This document shows, one piece after another, positions 9,377 through 19,102 of a stretch of 64,000 nucleotides of DNA. The first letter of the stretch is position 1, and every line of letters starts with the position of its first letter. Position numbers and translations under genes: made by a program. The DNA comes from Dehalococcoidia bacterium (GTDB lineage: Bacteria > Chloroflexota > Dehalococcoidia > Lucifugimonadales > CBDBON01). Below the pieces are notes generated by a model. It saw only the letters and a program-made list of their open reading frames with translations. It was not told the origin of the DNA and made no database searches. Where the stretch lies: positions 2,803,103 through 2,867,102 of the forward strand of contig OZ240240.1 in NCBI GenBank assembly GCA_965198105.1, in the 5' to 3' direction.

Positions 9377-9402
9377 TTGACTCTTGCGACCCTGGGGTGT
9401 CT
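9377..9402 (+). promoter_or_regulatory. -35 half of the IS110 circle-junction promoter
   Basis: TTGACT (9377-9382) + 17 nt + TCTAAT, the last formed only when 9402 is joined to 7837. Confidence 0.7.
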
Positions 9403-10402
9403 ACCCCGCAGAGACGACCGAGGCGTTCTGCGACGGTCACGTCTCGGCCTTCTCGTTCCTGGGCGGCGTGCCCCGGAGCATCGTCTACGACAACACGAGA
9501 CTGGCCAGGATCCTGGGAGACGGTCGAAGGAAGCGTACCCGCGTCTTCTCGGAGCTGGTATCCCACTACCTGTTCGAGGACCGATTCGGCCGTCCAGGGA
9601 AGGGCAACGACAAGGGCAAGGTCGAGGGGCTGGTGGGATACGCACGCCGGAACTTCCTGGTGCCCATACCGTCGTTCGCGAGCTTCGATGCTCTCAACGC
9701 ATATCTGGAGGAGAAGTGCCTGGAGCGTCTGGGGAGACGGTTGCGTGGGCACGATGAGACGATAGGCCGTCGTATGGAGCGTGACCTGGAGGCCCTGCTG
9801 CCTCTCCCGGCCACACCCTACGACGCCAGCGACAAGCATGTGAGCCGCGTCAGCTCCCTGTCGCTGGTGCGGTACCGGACCAACGACTACTCGGTGCCCG
9901 TGGCCTACGGACACATGGAGGTGGTGGTGCGAGGCTACGTGGGAGAGGTGGTGATCAGCTGCGGGGCGGAGGTGATAGCCAGGCATCCGCGGTCCTACGG
10001 ACGCGACGACTTCGTCTTCGACCCCATCCACTACCTGCCGCTGCTGGAGCGCAAGACGGGAGCCCTTGACCAGGCCGCACCGCTGGCCGGGTGGGAGTTG
10101 CCGGAGGAGTTCGGGGTGCTGAGGAGGCTGCTGGAGTCCCGGATGGGCAGGCGCGGCAAGAGGGAGTTCGTCCAGGTGCTGCGTCTGATGGAGAGCTTCA
10201 GCAGGGAGGAGGTGTACGGGGGTGTGCGCGATGCCCTCAGGCTCGGCGCCGTGAGCTTCGACGCCATAAAGCACCTGGTGCTGTGCAGGATCGAGGGTAG
10301 ACCTCAGAGACTCGACCTACAGCTGTATCCCTATCTGCCGAAGGTCAGCGTGACGAAGACATCTGCCGGCGACTACATGGCGCTCATGTCGGGGAGCAGG
10401 CG

Positions 10403-11173
10403 GTGAGCGAGAGGTCGACGGTGCTGCTGGAGCACCACCTGAAGGAGCTGAAGCTGCCGACCTTCCTGAGGGAGTACGGCAAGGTGGCCGGACAGTGCGC
10501 CGCCGAGGACGTCGACCATCCGGGCTACCTGCTGAGGCTGGCTGAGCTCGAGCTGATAGACCGCCATCACCGCATGGTGGACCGCAGGATCAAGGCGGCG
10601 CGCTTCCCCGCAGTCAAGAGCCTCGACACCTTCGACTTCCTGGCCATGCCGTCGGTGAACAAGCATCTGGTCATGCAGCTGGCGCGCTGCGAGTACGTCG
10701 ACCGTCGTGAGAACGTCATCGCCGTCGGCAACAGCGGGACCGGCAAGACCCACGTGGCCCTCGGCCTGGGGCTCGCCGCCTGCCAGAGGGGGCTGCCGGT
10801 CGGCTTCACCACCGCCGCCTCCCTGGTGCATGAGCTGATCGAGGCCAGGGACGAGCGGCGTCTGCTCAACCTCCAGAAGAGGCTTGCCCGGCTCAAGCTG
10901 CTGATCATCGACGAGCTGGGCTTCGTCCCGCTCTCCAAGACCGGGGCTGAGCTCCTCTTCGAGGTCTTCAGCCAGAGATACGAGAGAGGGTCCATCCTGG
11001 TCACCACCAACCTGCCGTTCGACGAGTGGACGGAGGTCTTCGGCTCGGAGAGGCTGACCGGCGCCCTGCTGGACCGGCTCACCCACCGCGTTCACATACT
11101 GGAGATGAACGGGGAGAGCTACCGCCTCAGGCAGAGCAGGACAGGTGCCGCGGTCCGCTCTGCCGACGCCTAG
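10403..11173 (+). CDS. istB: IS21 helper ATPase IstB
   Basis: GNSGTGKTH, LLIIDELG, TTNLPF, LLDRLTH motifs. Confidence 0.95.
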   Translation: MSERSTVLLEHHLKELKLPTFLREYGKVAGQCAAEDVDHPGYLLRLAELELIDRHHRMVDRRIKAARFPAVKSLDTFDFLAMPSVNKHLVMQLARCEYVDRRENVIAVGNSGTGKTHVALGLGLAACQRGLPVGFTTAASLVHELIEARDERRLLNLQKRLARLKLLIIDELGFVPLSKTGAELLFEVFSQRYERGSILVTTNLPFDEWTEVFGSERLTGALLDRLTHRVHILEMNGESYRLRQSRTGAAVRSADA

Positions 11174-11329
11174 GCCGCAACGCTCCGCTCCCACTTACGG
11201 CTCCTGCGACACCCATAGACGGGTGACATCTATGCTGCCCAGTTGGGGAGGACAGAATCGCTGAACACCTATGCCCGACTGGTACGCTTTTGCTCCGCCC
11301 CGTGGCTTAATATCTCGCCGCCATTGACA

Positions 11330-12229
11330 GCCTGACAGTTGTACGCTTGCAGGAAGTCCTTTCCTCCAGGTGCGGGGATGATGCGCGACTCGGCATCGGT
11401 GAAGTTACGCTGGGCCTTGTCGCCGGGCACCCCCGGGTGCTTACCACCTTCGGCCTCGGCCTGTTCGGCAGCCGCCTGCGCCTCGGCTTCCAGCGCCGCC
11501 ATGGCTTCCCGTATCTTCTCCAACCGACCCTCTCGAAAGGCCAACTCCTCAGCCAACTCATCTCCACGCTTGTCTTTGCCGTACCGCCGGTCTTCCTCAT
11601 CATCCGCTGCCTGGGCCTGTCGCAACAACTCCGCTACCTCCGCCGCCAACTGCGCTGCCTTCTCCTTCATCCGTTGGTAACTCATCGCCTTATGCTTCGA
11701 TGCGTTGGCCTTGACCTTCGTGCCGTCCAGCGCCACGTGCCCCAGCTTCACCAGCCCCGCCTGCTGGCACAACGCCAGTACCTGTACGAACAGGCCCGAC
11801 AGCGCATCCACATTATTCTTGCGAAAGTCGGAGATGGTCCGGAAGTCCGGTGTGTTGTTCGCCGCCAACACCCTGAAGGCGATGTCCTCGTGGAGACGCT
11901 GGGCGATGCGGCGTGAGGACGCCACCCCCACGCAGTAGCCGTAGAGCAACACCTTGACCATCATCCGTGGATGATACGGCGGCCCGCCACGCCGTTCCCG
12001 CTCGTAGCGAGCGGTGACCTCCGACATGTCCAACTGGTCCACCACGTCGGATATGAAGTAGGCCAGATGGTCGTCGGGCAGCCACTCCTGCAACGCCGCT
12101 GGCAACAGCAACTGCTGGTCGGGCTCGTAGGGAAGGTAGGTCTTGCTCATCAACGACTCCCCGCTACTGGACTGGGCCCATCATACCCCCAACACTCACC
12201 AACCGTGTTTCTCGGACAGGCTGCTAGCG
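11330..12229 (-). mobile_element. IS1182-family element, 3'-truncated by the IS21 right end
   Basis: DQQLLLP...WLP..HLA, GGPPYHPRMM, PDFRTISDFR, VALDGTK..ANAS motifs; end CTAGCAGCCTGTCCGAGAAAC. Confidence 0.85.
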
Positions 12230-12450
12230 TGCAACGTCAAGCGGATGGTCGGGGCACGACTGATCGAGATGGACGAGACGTTGGCCCGACCGGCTGCCCT
12301 GACCACTGCTCCCTGCGCTGCATGAGCCTGCGGGTGACGCTGCCAACCCGCTAATCCCTACCAGGACGGGGTAGGGCGCACCACAACGACCTCATCGGCC
12401 ACTACACAAGCCCCAACCGGAATATCCAACCCACGCACACCTAACCGCCT

Positions 12451-14226
12451 TCACTCCCCAGTACCAATCCGAAAGCCCCTTGTTACGAGGGAATCAACTC
12501 TTGGATCCTGACTCGAAGGTTCGCGGAGACGGTCGATCAACACCGATAGGAAAGCCGCGATCTGATCGGTTGTACATTTGTTGACCACCCGTCGAAGTGC
12601 TTGGCCGACAATCTTGTCTTCGTACCCATGCCGTTCTAGATGGTCAATCATGATTTCTAGGTCTGCCCCAGGCTTTGCCGATCCAGATCTGCTCTTCGAT
12701 GAGGTCGGGGAAGTCAGCCGAGCGTTTCCCGCAATCGATGCATTATCGGAAACTCCTTTGGGACCGACTGCGGAGTGCAAAGGTGGATGAGGAGAATGAA
12801 TCCGCGTGAGACCTCTATCTTCTTCAACAACCTTTGGAAGTCTGCTGCGCCGCTTGATGAGCAGAGTTTGTCCTATCCCTAGCTTTGTCCACTGCCAGCT
12901 GAACGCCCCTTGCGACGCTGGCATTGGCTCACCTTGTGCCTCAACTGGACCAAAGCCGCGTACGTATAGCCCCGTGCCGTCCAAGTCGACCAATGTATCG
13001 GCACGTCCCTTGGGTGCGGACCAGTGGAGCAGATCTGGGTAACGATGACCGGGAGGCTTCCCTCCGCAAGCAATCTCGGCCAACCGACTTGCCTCAGATC
13101 GGAATAGCTCCCCATCAAGAACTTCAACTGGCGGATCCTCTTCAGCAACGACTCCAAGAATGGCGCCAGCCATCGTTGCAATCGTGTCTGTGTCAGTGCC
13201 AATCGCATTCGCGGCGACGCTCATCGCTCGTTCGGGTTCCGTTTCACACCAAATCAGCCCCATCGCCGCGATGGCCGTCAGCGTGCCATCGCCACGCCTT
13301 GCTTGGTCGCGCATCCTAAGACGGTCTACGACAGCAATGTAACTGCCGGTGCCGTCTGGGCTCGATGCATCGGCAGCCACTTGGATAGCCTCCCGGCACT
13401 CTTCTATCGCTTGCGCCCAACCCACATCAAAGGAGCCCGTCTCCCGTTCAAGCGTTGAACGCCAGTAGTTCCCAACCTCGACATCGGCCCGGATGAGATC
13501 CGGGACACCGGAAGCGACATCGGCAGCAGCGATCATTTCGTCGGGAGACGGATATTGGCCTTCAGCCATCGTGTGCGCCAACGCAAGGGCGTGGAGGATA
13601 GCTCCCAGCAGGCCTTTGGGGTGAGAGTGTGTGCAGATAGAGTTCTGGATCACATCCGGGAGAAAGGTAATTGGGTCGGATGGATCAGCAGCTGCCCATA
13701 CGTGAGGCTGGATTCGCATCGCGGCTCCATTCCCCCCAGAGTCCGTCCAGCCCTTGAATGTATTGGCGAACCACTGAACTTGTCGTCTAGCTAGATTGGT
13801 AGCCGCGGCGCTTGTGCCCCTACCTGCCCCAAGCGCATAGCTCAACCAAACGGGAAGCTCCACCTTGGCAAACGATTCCACGTCGAAGCCATGTGGTCCA
13901 ATGGCTCGGCCCGTCGCGAGACGCAGTTGTGAGTCGTCGGAATAGCACCCCCTTGGGAGTGCTACGGTGACACCTGCGCGGCCGCCAATACGACGCTCCC
14001 ATTCCACCGGCCTCTCTAGTGGGGCATTAGCCGTCCGCCTCTTGAGACCCGTTTCGTCAGTCAACTCACTAATCCAGCCAAGTGCGTCTCCATATGCAGA
14101 CCAGAGAGCTGAACGTCGGACGATTCCGGCGCGCTCAGCGGCAGCTGTTTGGGAGCGCCTTGACGAGTGAGGGCCAACGCCGGAGTGTAGTAAGTCGGCG
14201 TCGTTGAACAGAGGTAGTTTGGTCAT
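12451..14226 (-). CDS. ADP-ribosylglycohydrolase (ARH/DraG family) with ~190-aa C-terminal extension
   Basis: AYGDALG, YSDDSQL, GNGAAMR, THSHP and GTDTDTIATMAGAILG motifs; ATGA overlap with the upstream gene. Confidence 0.9.
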   Translation of the reverse strand: MTKLPLFNDADLLHSGVGPHSSRRSQTAAAERAGIVRRSALWSAYGDALGWISELTDETGLKRRTANAPLERPVEWERRIGGRAGVTVALPRGCYSDDSQLRLATGRAIGPHGFDVESFAKVELPVWLSYALGAGRGTSAAATNLARRQVQWFANTFKGWTDSGGNGAAMRIQPHVWAAADPSDPITFLPDVIQNSICTHSHPKGLLGAILHALALAHTMAEGQYPSPDEMIAAADVASGVPDLIRADVEVGNYWRSTLERETGSFDVGWAQAIEECREAIQVAADASSPDGTGSYIAVVDRLRMRDQARRGDGTLTAIAAMGLIWCETEPERAMSVAANAIGTDTDTIATMAGAILGVVAEEDPPVEVLDGELFRSEASRLAEIACGGKPPGHRYPDLLHWSAPKGRADTLVDLDGTGLYVRGFGPVEAQGEPMPASQGAFSWQWTKLGIGQTLLIKRRSRLPKVVEEDRGLTRIHSPHPPLHSAVGPKGVSDNASIAGNARLTSPTSSKSRSGSAKPGADLEIMIDHLERHGYEDKIVGQALRRVVNKCTTDQIAAFLSVLIDRLREPSSQDPRVDSLVTRGFRIGTGE

Positions 14227-14912
14227 TCAAAGGCCTCCGGTGCGTGCCGAACTGAGATTTCTCTGCCGAGTCCACTTAGGATTCCGTGTATCGTATCCAA
14301 TGACTCTTCCACCTGGACATCGATTCGCTGTAAGTGGACACACGGTAGCTCGCCCGGATACAGAACCTCCGCTTGTCGGTCAGTGGGCCACGCATCCAGC
14401 TTGTTTGTCCGATCATGCCATGTGCCGTAACGGCCTTTAATCCCATTTGAGAAGATTCGAGTGAAGCCGGCCAAACCTCCCGCTCGCATACAGGCGGGGT
14501 AGATATTGTTGGTCGTAGTGAAGACGACTCCAGGATGGGCAAGGATGCAGGGGTGGAATGAGAGAACCACCCAGGGATTGCCCTCAGCTGTGTGCCACCT
14601 CTCCGAGCGCTCGAACATCCAGTCATTGATTCGTTCAATCGACAGATTCACATAGTCCAGCCAGAGTCCGTCCTTGCGGATTGATGCGTTTGGCCTGTAG
14701 ACGTGCTCAAGGTACCTGTCCTGGGGCAGTCGTAAGCGGCTCTTGACTGCGTTTGAGGCCAAAATGCCAATTGCCCCACTGACGGTGGTGAAGTGAACCA
14801 CTTGGGTGATGCCGCGACACTCCGCGGCCATCGCGACGTCTGGGCAGGCTGGCAGAGACTTGATCTCCTCCTCCGTTCTGGCCGAAGCCTCAACGGGTTC
14901 TCCTCCATTCAC
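14223..14912 (-). CDS. DarT-like (DUF4433-type) ADP-ribosyltransferase
   Basis: VVHFT...GIL, DYVNLSI and C-terminal QAEVL with the putative catalytic Glu; size fits DarT-family toxins. Confidence 0.75.
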   Translation of the reverse strand: MNGGEPVEASARTEEEIKSLPACPDVAMAAECRGITQVVHFTTVSGAIGILASNAVKSRLRLPQDRYLEHVYRPNASIRKDGLWLDYVNLSIERINDWMFERSERWHTAEGNPWVVLSFHPCILAHPGVVFTTTNNIYPACMRAGGLAGFTRIFSNGIKGRYGTWHDRTNKLDAWPTDRQAEVLYPGELPCVHLQRIDVQVEESLDTIHGILSGLGREISVRHAPEAFE

Positions 14913-14916
14913 TGCT

Positions 14917-16320
14917 TCAAACCTCCACGAGACGATAGGTCTCAGGATCGATGTGACGGAACACGGTAGAGCGCTCCCCTAGCTTATACCCTAACGTAAC
15001 GGTCTTTCTGGCACGGCCAACTCCCATTGCTATCAGACGACGCAGTGAATCGAGTGTGCCGTCCCCATCTTCCTCGCCGTGCGGTGTTACCTCGTCACTC
15101 AGCCCTGGCATAAGCACATGATCGAATTCAAGACCCTTTGCCGAATGAATCGTGGACAGTGCGAGCAGTTCCGGACCCGTGGGCCACTCCCGCTCTTGGG
15201 TGAGTTCGCAATAGTCGATTCCCCGGCGCATCAGCACATCTCGCGTGTAATCGAACCACCCTCCACCCTTTGGATGGAGTATGGCAACGGTATCGCCGGT
15301 TGAGAGGTGGGAACGGACATGATCTAGCATGTAGCCGATCTGCGCACTGTACTTCCCCGCCACTACTTCGGGAAGTATACTGGACTCTTCGCAAGCCTCT
15401 TCATCGGGCGGCATACCATCCTCATCGGGTGGTAGGTCGCGGACAAGGGAAGAGGCGAGTCTCACGATCTCCGCTGTGTTGCGGTGGTTGCGTGCTAGTG
15501 TGAAGACCATCTCCGGTCTCATCGTGATGTCAAGCTCCCTCCATAGGAAACCCTGGGGGTAGATCCGTTGCGTGGTATCAATAATGAATGTCGTCGCATG
15601 GTCTTTGCTCAGATGTTTGAGAATAGCGCGCATCTGGTTGGCTGAGAAGTCTTGGGATTCGTCGACGATTACGATATCGTACTTTTGGCTGGGCGCCATG
15701 GAGGTTTTAAGGGCGACGTCGTTCCAGTCCACCAGTCCTCTTTCTGACTTCCTCTCTTCATACGGACGAATCACCTCCGTTAAGAGTCGCCTGCGCAGTC
15801 GTCGTGGAACCGCCGGTGCCCTCCCGCGTCCAGACCTCGTTGCTTCCAAGTACTCCTCTCGTTGGTCCGGCGGGAATCTTCCGAGCGCATAAGTGACCTC
15901 GCCGACAAAGTAGTCGTGATCTTCAGCAGCGACACCCATTCCTGAAAGGAGGGAGCGTATCCACCGATCTCTGCGATCCTCCAGGATGTTCTGGTGTCCA
16001 ACGAGACTCAGTGCCCACCGGCCAAAGGTCTCGACAGTGAGGACGAGGTCATCTTCAGGGTTGATCTGTTCTTCCGCAAGCTGGTTGATGTAGCCTCGCA
16101 GCGTCCGGTTGAAGGTCAACACGAGTACGCGCACAGGATCGACCAGATCTAACCTCATCCGCCGATTTCTTCGCGAACCGCACAACTGACGGAGACGAAA
16201 CAGCGCGGAAGTAGTCTTGCCGCTACCGGCAGCACCTCGAATTAGCCGGAACCCCGGACCGTCATCCTCTAGGATCGACAGCTGCTCAGGTGAGGGTACG
16301 ACATCCTGCAACGTGCGCAT
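14917..16320 (-). CDS. Compact UvrD-like SF1 helicase
   Basis: GAAGSGKT, IVIVDESQDF, LARNHRNT, STIHSAKGLEFD and GRAR motifs. Confidence 0.9.
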   Translation of the reverse strand: MRTLQDVVPSPEQLSILEDDGPGFRLIRGAAGSGKTTSALFRLRQLCGSRRNRRMRLDLVDPVRVLVLTFNRTLRGYINQLAEEQINPEDDLVLTVETFGRWALSLVGHQNILEDRRDRWIRSLLSGMGVAAEDHDYFVGEVTYALGRFPPDQREEYLEATRSGRGRAPAVPRRLRRRLLTEVIRPYEERKSERGLVDWNDVALKTSMAPSQKYDIVIVDESQDFSANQMRAILKHLSKDHATTFIIDTTQRIYPQGFLWRELDITMRPEMVFTLARNHRNTAEIVRLASSLVRDLPPDEDGMPPDEEACEESSILPEVVAGKYSAQIGYMLDHVRSHLSTGDTVAILHPKGGGWFDYTRDVLMRRGIDYCELTQEREWPTGPELLALSTIHSAKGLEFDHVLMPGLSDEVTPHGEEDGDGTLDSLRRLIAMGVGRARKTVTLGYKLGERSTVFRHIDPETYRLVEV

Positions 16321-16378
16321 CCCAAACCTCCGTACAGGCTACGAAGTGCTAATGGCTATCTGCCAAAGCTTACTCTAG

Positions 16379-16406
16379 ATTCTAGTGTCCTCCAACAGAG
16401 TGTCAA
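16379..16406 (-). promoter_or_regulatory. Sigma70-type promoter for the helicase-DarT-ARH operon
   Basis: TTGACA-N16-TAGAAT on the minus strand, ~60 bp upstream of the ATG at 16320. Confidence 0.65.
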
Positions 16407-16862
16407 CAGCGGACGCCCTGCGAATACTGCCAAACAACGAGCGTCTGCGATTTTCCCTCAAAGAGCCCAGGGTCGGAGGCCGCAAGCCTCAGCCCGCATG
16501 TACCCCCTACATAGGCTGCGAAGCCGGGATTGCATGACAATGCCGCAGCGTCACCCCACTGGCAATTGGGCTGCCCGCCGTGTCAGGTCCTCGTCTCAGC
16601 ATGGCCACTGGCAGCAGGGTGACACCGTGGAGGGAGGCTCATGAGAGGCACCAAGCCGCCGCCGGTGGCTCCTGCTAATTCGTTGCCGGAGGGTTTCACC
16701 GCGCCGCTTGTTCTCGCGATGGCGCAGAGCCGATAATGGAGGCAGGGCCACCTTGAGCGTCCGCTTTCGAGGCGCGGAACGCCCTCGACAGAATCGACGA
16801 GCCCCCGGTCCCTAGTAGGCCGGAGGCTCGTGAGGCTAGCCGGAGGTCGTTTACCGGACTCC

Positions 16863-18497
16863 TTAAATGAGAACCTCCAAGCGAAAAGTTCGCAAATCGG
16901 TACGCCTTGGCCCACCATTTTTGACGGTAGACAGAACTGAGCTGTTTAGCGCCATGTCCTCGGCGTTCCCACCGGATATCCGGCTGTCCTCTGGCATCGG
17001 AATCGTGTAGCGCATGAGGGCGTTGCCGGGCACCACCACGATCTCCTTGACGAAGGTCTCGATGAAACCCCTGCGCTCGGTCAGCTCGCTCGTCTTCAGG
17101 AACTCTCTCATGTCCTGGGCGTAGGCTGCGATGGTGTCCACGTCGTCCAGGGCGGCCCTGCGCTGCGAGAGGATGGCCCTGGCGTCCCGCGCCAAGTCCT
17201 CCAGTCGCTCCTGCCGGTCCCTATGCTCCCTGATGCGGGCTGAAGCGTCGGCCATGTCGATGTCGTCGGCAGTCTCTATGAAGTGCCAAATGCGCCCCAG
17301 CTTCCGCTTCACCTCTTCGAGCTCATCCTCGATGGTCTCCAGCCTCTCACGCTGCTCGGCGGCCACGCCGTCCATCTGCTCGTCCACGACCTTCACGAGG
17401 GCGCGGATGTTGCCGTCGGTGAGGACGTTGGTGCGAATCTTGCCGACGACCATCTCCTCAAAGCGACGAGCGTTGAGCCTGGGAGTCTCGCAGGCGTCCT
17501 TGCCGTGCTTCATGATGGACTGGCAGACGTAGTAGGAGAACTGTCCGCTCTTGGCGTCCTGACCGCTGAGCGCTCGGTTGCACGCCTTGCACTTGACCAG
17601 CCCGCTGAGCAGGTAGGTGCTCCCCACCCTTCGAGGGTGAACGACCTTGGGAGCTCGGGTTTGCATCAGCCTCATGACGCGCCGGAACTTGGTCTTGGAG
17701 ACGATGGCGGCGAACGCCTTCTCCACCCGGACCGGGTCGTCCTTGCTCTTACCCGCAACGCCCCACACCAGGGTGCCCGTGTAGACCTCGTTGCGGAGTA
17801 TGCAGTGGACGGTGTTCTTGGACCAGCGCTTGCCCGCAGGGCTGGCTATGCCCTCGCCATTGAGGGTCTTGGAGATTTGCAGCATACCCGTACCGGCCTC
17901 GGCCATGTCGAAGATGCGCTTGACGACATCGGAGGCATCGGGGTCGGGTTCGAGGATGGGGCGCTTCTTGGCGCCGTCCTGGACCATCACCCTGTTGTAG
18001 CCGTAGGGGGTCCTGCTGGCGACCCAGAAGCCGCGAGAGGCGGCCTCCCGCATACCGCGGGTCACCTCCTGGGCCAGATTCTCCGAGTAGAACTCATCGA
18101 CGCTCTCGATGATGCCCTCCAGCAGCTTGCCGGTGGGGGTGTCGTCGGCCTGTTCGGTGATGGAGACCACCCGGACGCCCTTGCGCCGGAGCATTGACTT
18201 GAAGGCGACGGCGTGCTCCCGCTTGCGGGTGAAGCGGGAGAATTTCCAGACCAATATCTCACGGAAGGGGGCATTGGTTTGGCTGGCGGCGTCGATCATC
18301 TTGCGGAACTCGGGCCGGTCGGCGATGCGTCCGCTCTCCGCCTCGTCCACGTACTCGCGGGCCACCATGTAGCCGTTCTTGCTGGCATAATCTCTGAGCG
18401 CCCGCATCTGCGCTGCCACGGACAGGTCCACGTCCTGGCGGTCGCTGGACACCCTGGCGTAGAGGGCAGCCGGTGTGTAGCCGGTGATCTGGTTCAT
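16863..18497 (-). CDS. Large serine recombinase (integrase type)
   Basis: ALYARVSS, DEAESG...DRPEF, SRFTR, recombinase domain PYGY, Zn-ribbon C..C...YVC..C and coiled coil; AAGGAGG RBS before MNQ. Confidence 0.95.
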   Translation of the reverse strand: MNQITGYTPAALYARVSSDRQDVDLSVAAQMRALRDYASKNGYMVAREYVDEAESGRIADRPEFRKMIDAASQTNAPFREILVWKFSRFTRKREHAVAFKSMLRRKGVRVVSITEQADDTPTGKLLEGIIESVDEFYSENLAQEVTRGMREAASRGFWVASRTPYGYNRVMVQDGAKKRPILEPDPDASDVVKRIFDMAEAGTGMLQISKTLNGEGIASPAGKRWSKNTVHCILRNEVYTGTLVWGVAGKSKDDPVRVEKAFAAIVSKTKFRRVMRLMQTRAPKVVHPRRVGSTYLLSGLVKCKACNRALSGQDAKSGQFSYYVCQSIMKHGKDACETPRLNARRFEEMVVGKIRTNVLTDGNIRALVKVVDEQMDGVAAEQRERLETIEDELEEVKRKLGRIWHFIETADDIDMADASARIREHRDRQERLEDLARDARAILSQRRAALDDVDTIAAYAQDMREFLKTSELTERRGFIETFVKEIVVVPGNALMRYTIPMPEDSRISGGNAEDMALNSSVLSTVKNGGPRRTDLRTFRLEVLI

Positions 18498-18514
18498 CGT
18501 TGCGTCCTCCTTGG

Positions 18515-18712
18515 TCATTCCTGTTCTCTCCTGCGGGCATTCGCCCGTTGGCGGCGCTGCCGCCGCAGCCACTCCTGCTCGTCCATATAGAAGCGGATTG
18601 CCTCTCGCAGGAACTCGCTCATGGTGCGGTCTTCCTCTTGAATGAACTGCCTTACCTGTTCGTCCATCTCAGGGGGCAGCGACAACGTAATGGTTCGTCT
18701 CTTCCGCGGCAT
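18515..18712 (-). CDS. CopG/ribbon-helix-helix regulator
   Basis: MPRKRRTITLSLPPEM...MSEFLREAIRFY; directly upstream of the recombinase. Confidence 0.75.
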   Translation of the reverse strand: MPRKRRTITLSLPPEMDEQVRQFIQEEDRTMSEFLREAIRFYMDEQEWLRRQRRQRANARRREQE

Positions 18713-18863
18713 CTCTTCCTTGCCTTCATGGTAACACCAGGTCTTACCCTTATCATGGACGTTCCAGCCCGTCGTTGTCAAGGGCCGGGCTTCTGTGAGA
18801 GGGGCTGTAAATCGGGTAAAATGGGGCCCGCAGACGTTGCGATGGAGGGGTGTAAACGGTGTC

Positions 18864-18910
18864 GACGCTCACCCCCGCCTCGCCGGTACATTATTACTCC
18901 GCCCTTTACA
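18864..18910 (-). repeat. Isolated IS21 left end; perfect 47-bp inverted copy of 7224-7270
   Basis: GACGCTCACCCCCGCCTCGCCGGTACATTATTACTCCGCCCTTTACA. Confidence 0.9.
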
Positions 18911-19102
18911 GAGGGGACTCTTCCGAGAGAACTCTCGAGATTCGATTGGTTGAAGCGGGCGACATATAGCCGGTCATTTCGGGACCCCGAGCGGGCGGCT
19001 AGGCCAACTAGCGACCGACCCTTGAGCGGGACGTCGAAGTTGCCGGGTATGGCTGCCAGTGTTAGCATCTCGAAACACCCACAGAGAACCAGGAGCACCA
19101 CG

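Larger units (their letters stand above)
7837..9402 (+). mobile_element. IS110-family element, copy 1 (1566 bp, CT core, no terminal IRs or TSD)
   Basis: Junctions GGC|CT|AATGG and GGTGT|CT|ACCCC; DEDD RuvC-type transposase inside. Confidence 0.95.
7347..10406 (+). pseudogene. istA: IS21 transposase IstA interrupted by IS110
   Basis: N-part ends CFVKA at 7836 and resumes YPAETTEAF at 9403; intact homolog at 60731-62230. Confidence 0.95.
7224..11329 (+). mobile_element. IS21-family element, copy 1, carrying an IS110 insertion in istA
   Basis: TGTAAAGGGCGGAG left end, istA/istB pair, right end ...GCCGCCATTGACA; no target duplication between the flanks. Confidence 0.9.

Noticed and set aside
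12230-12450. Possible 3' end of another transposase gene
   Set aside because: Too short to assign to a family.
14917-16320. Gabija system
   Set aside because: No OLD/TOPRIM GajA gene is adjacent.
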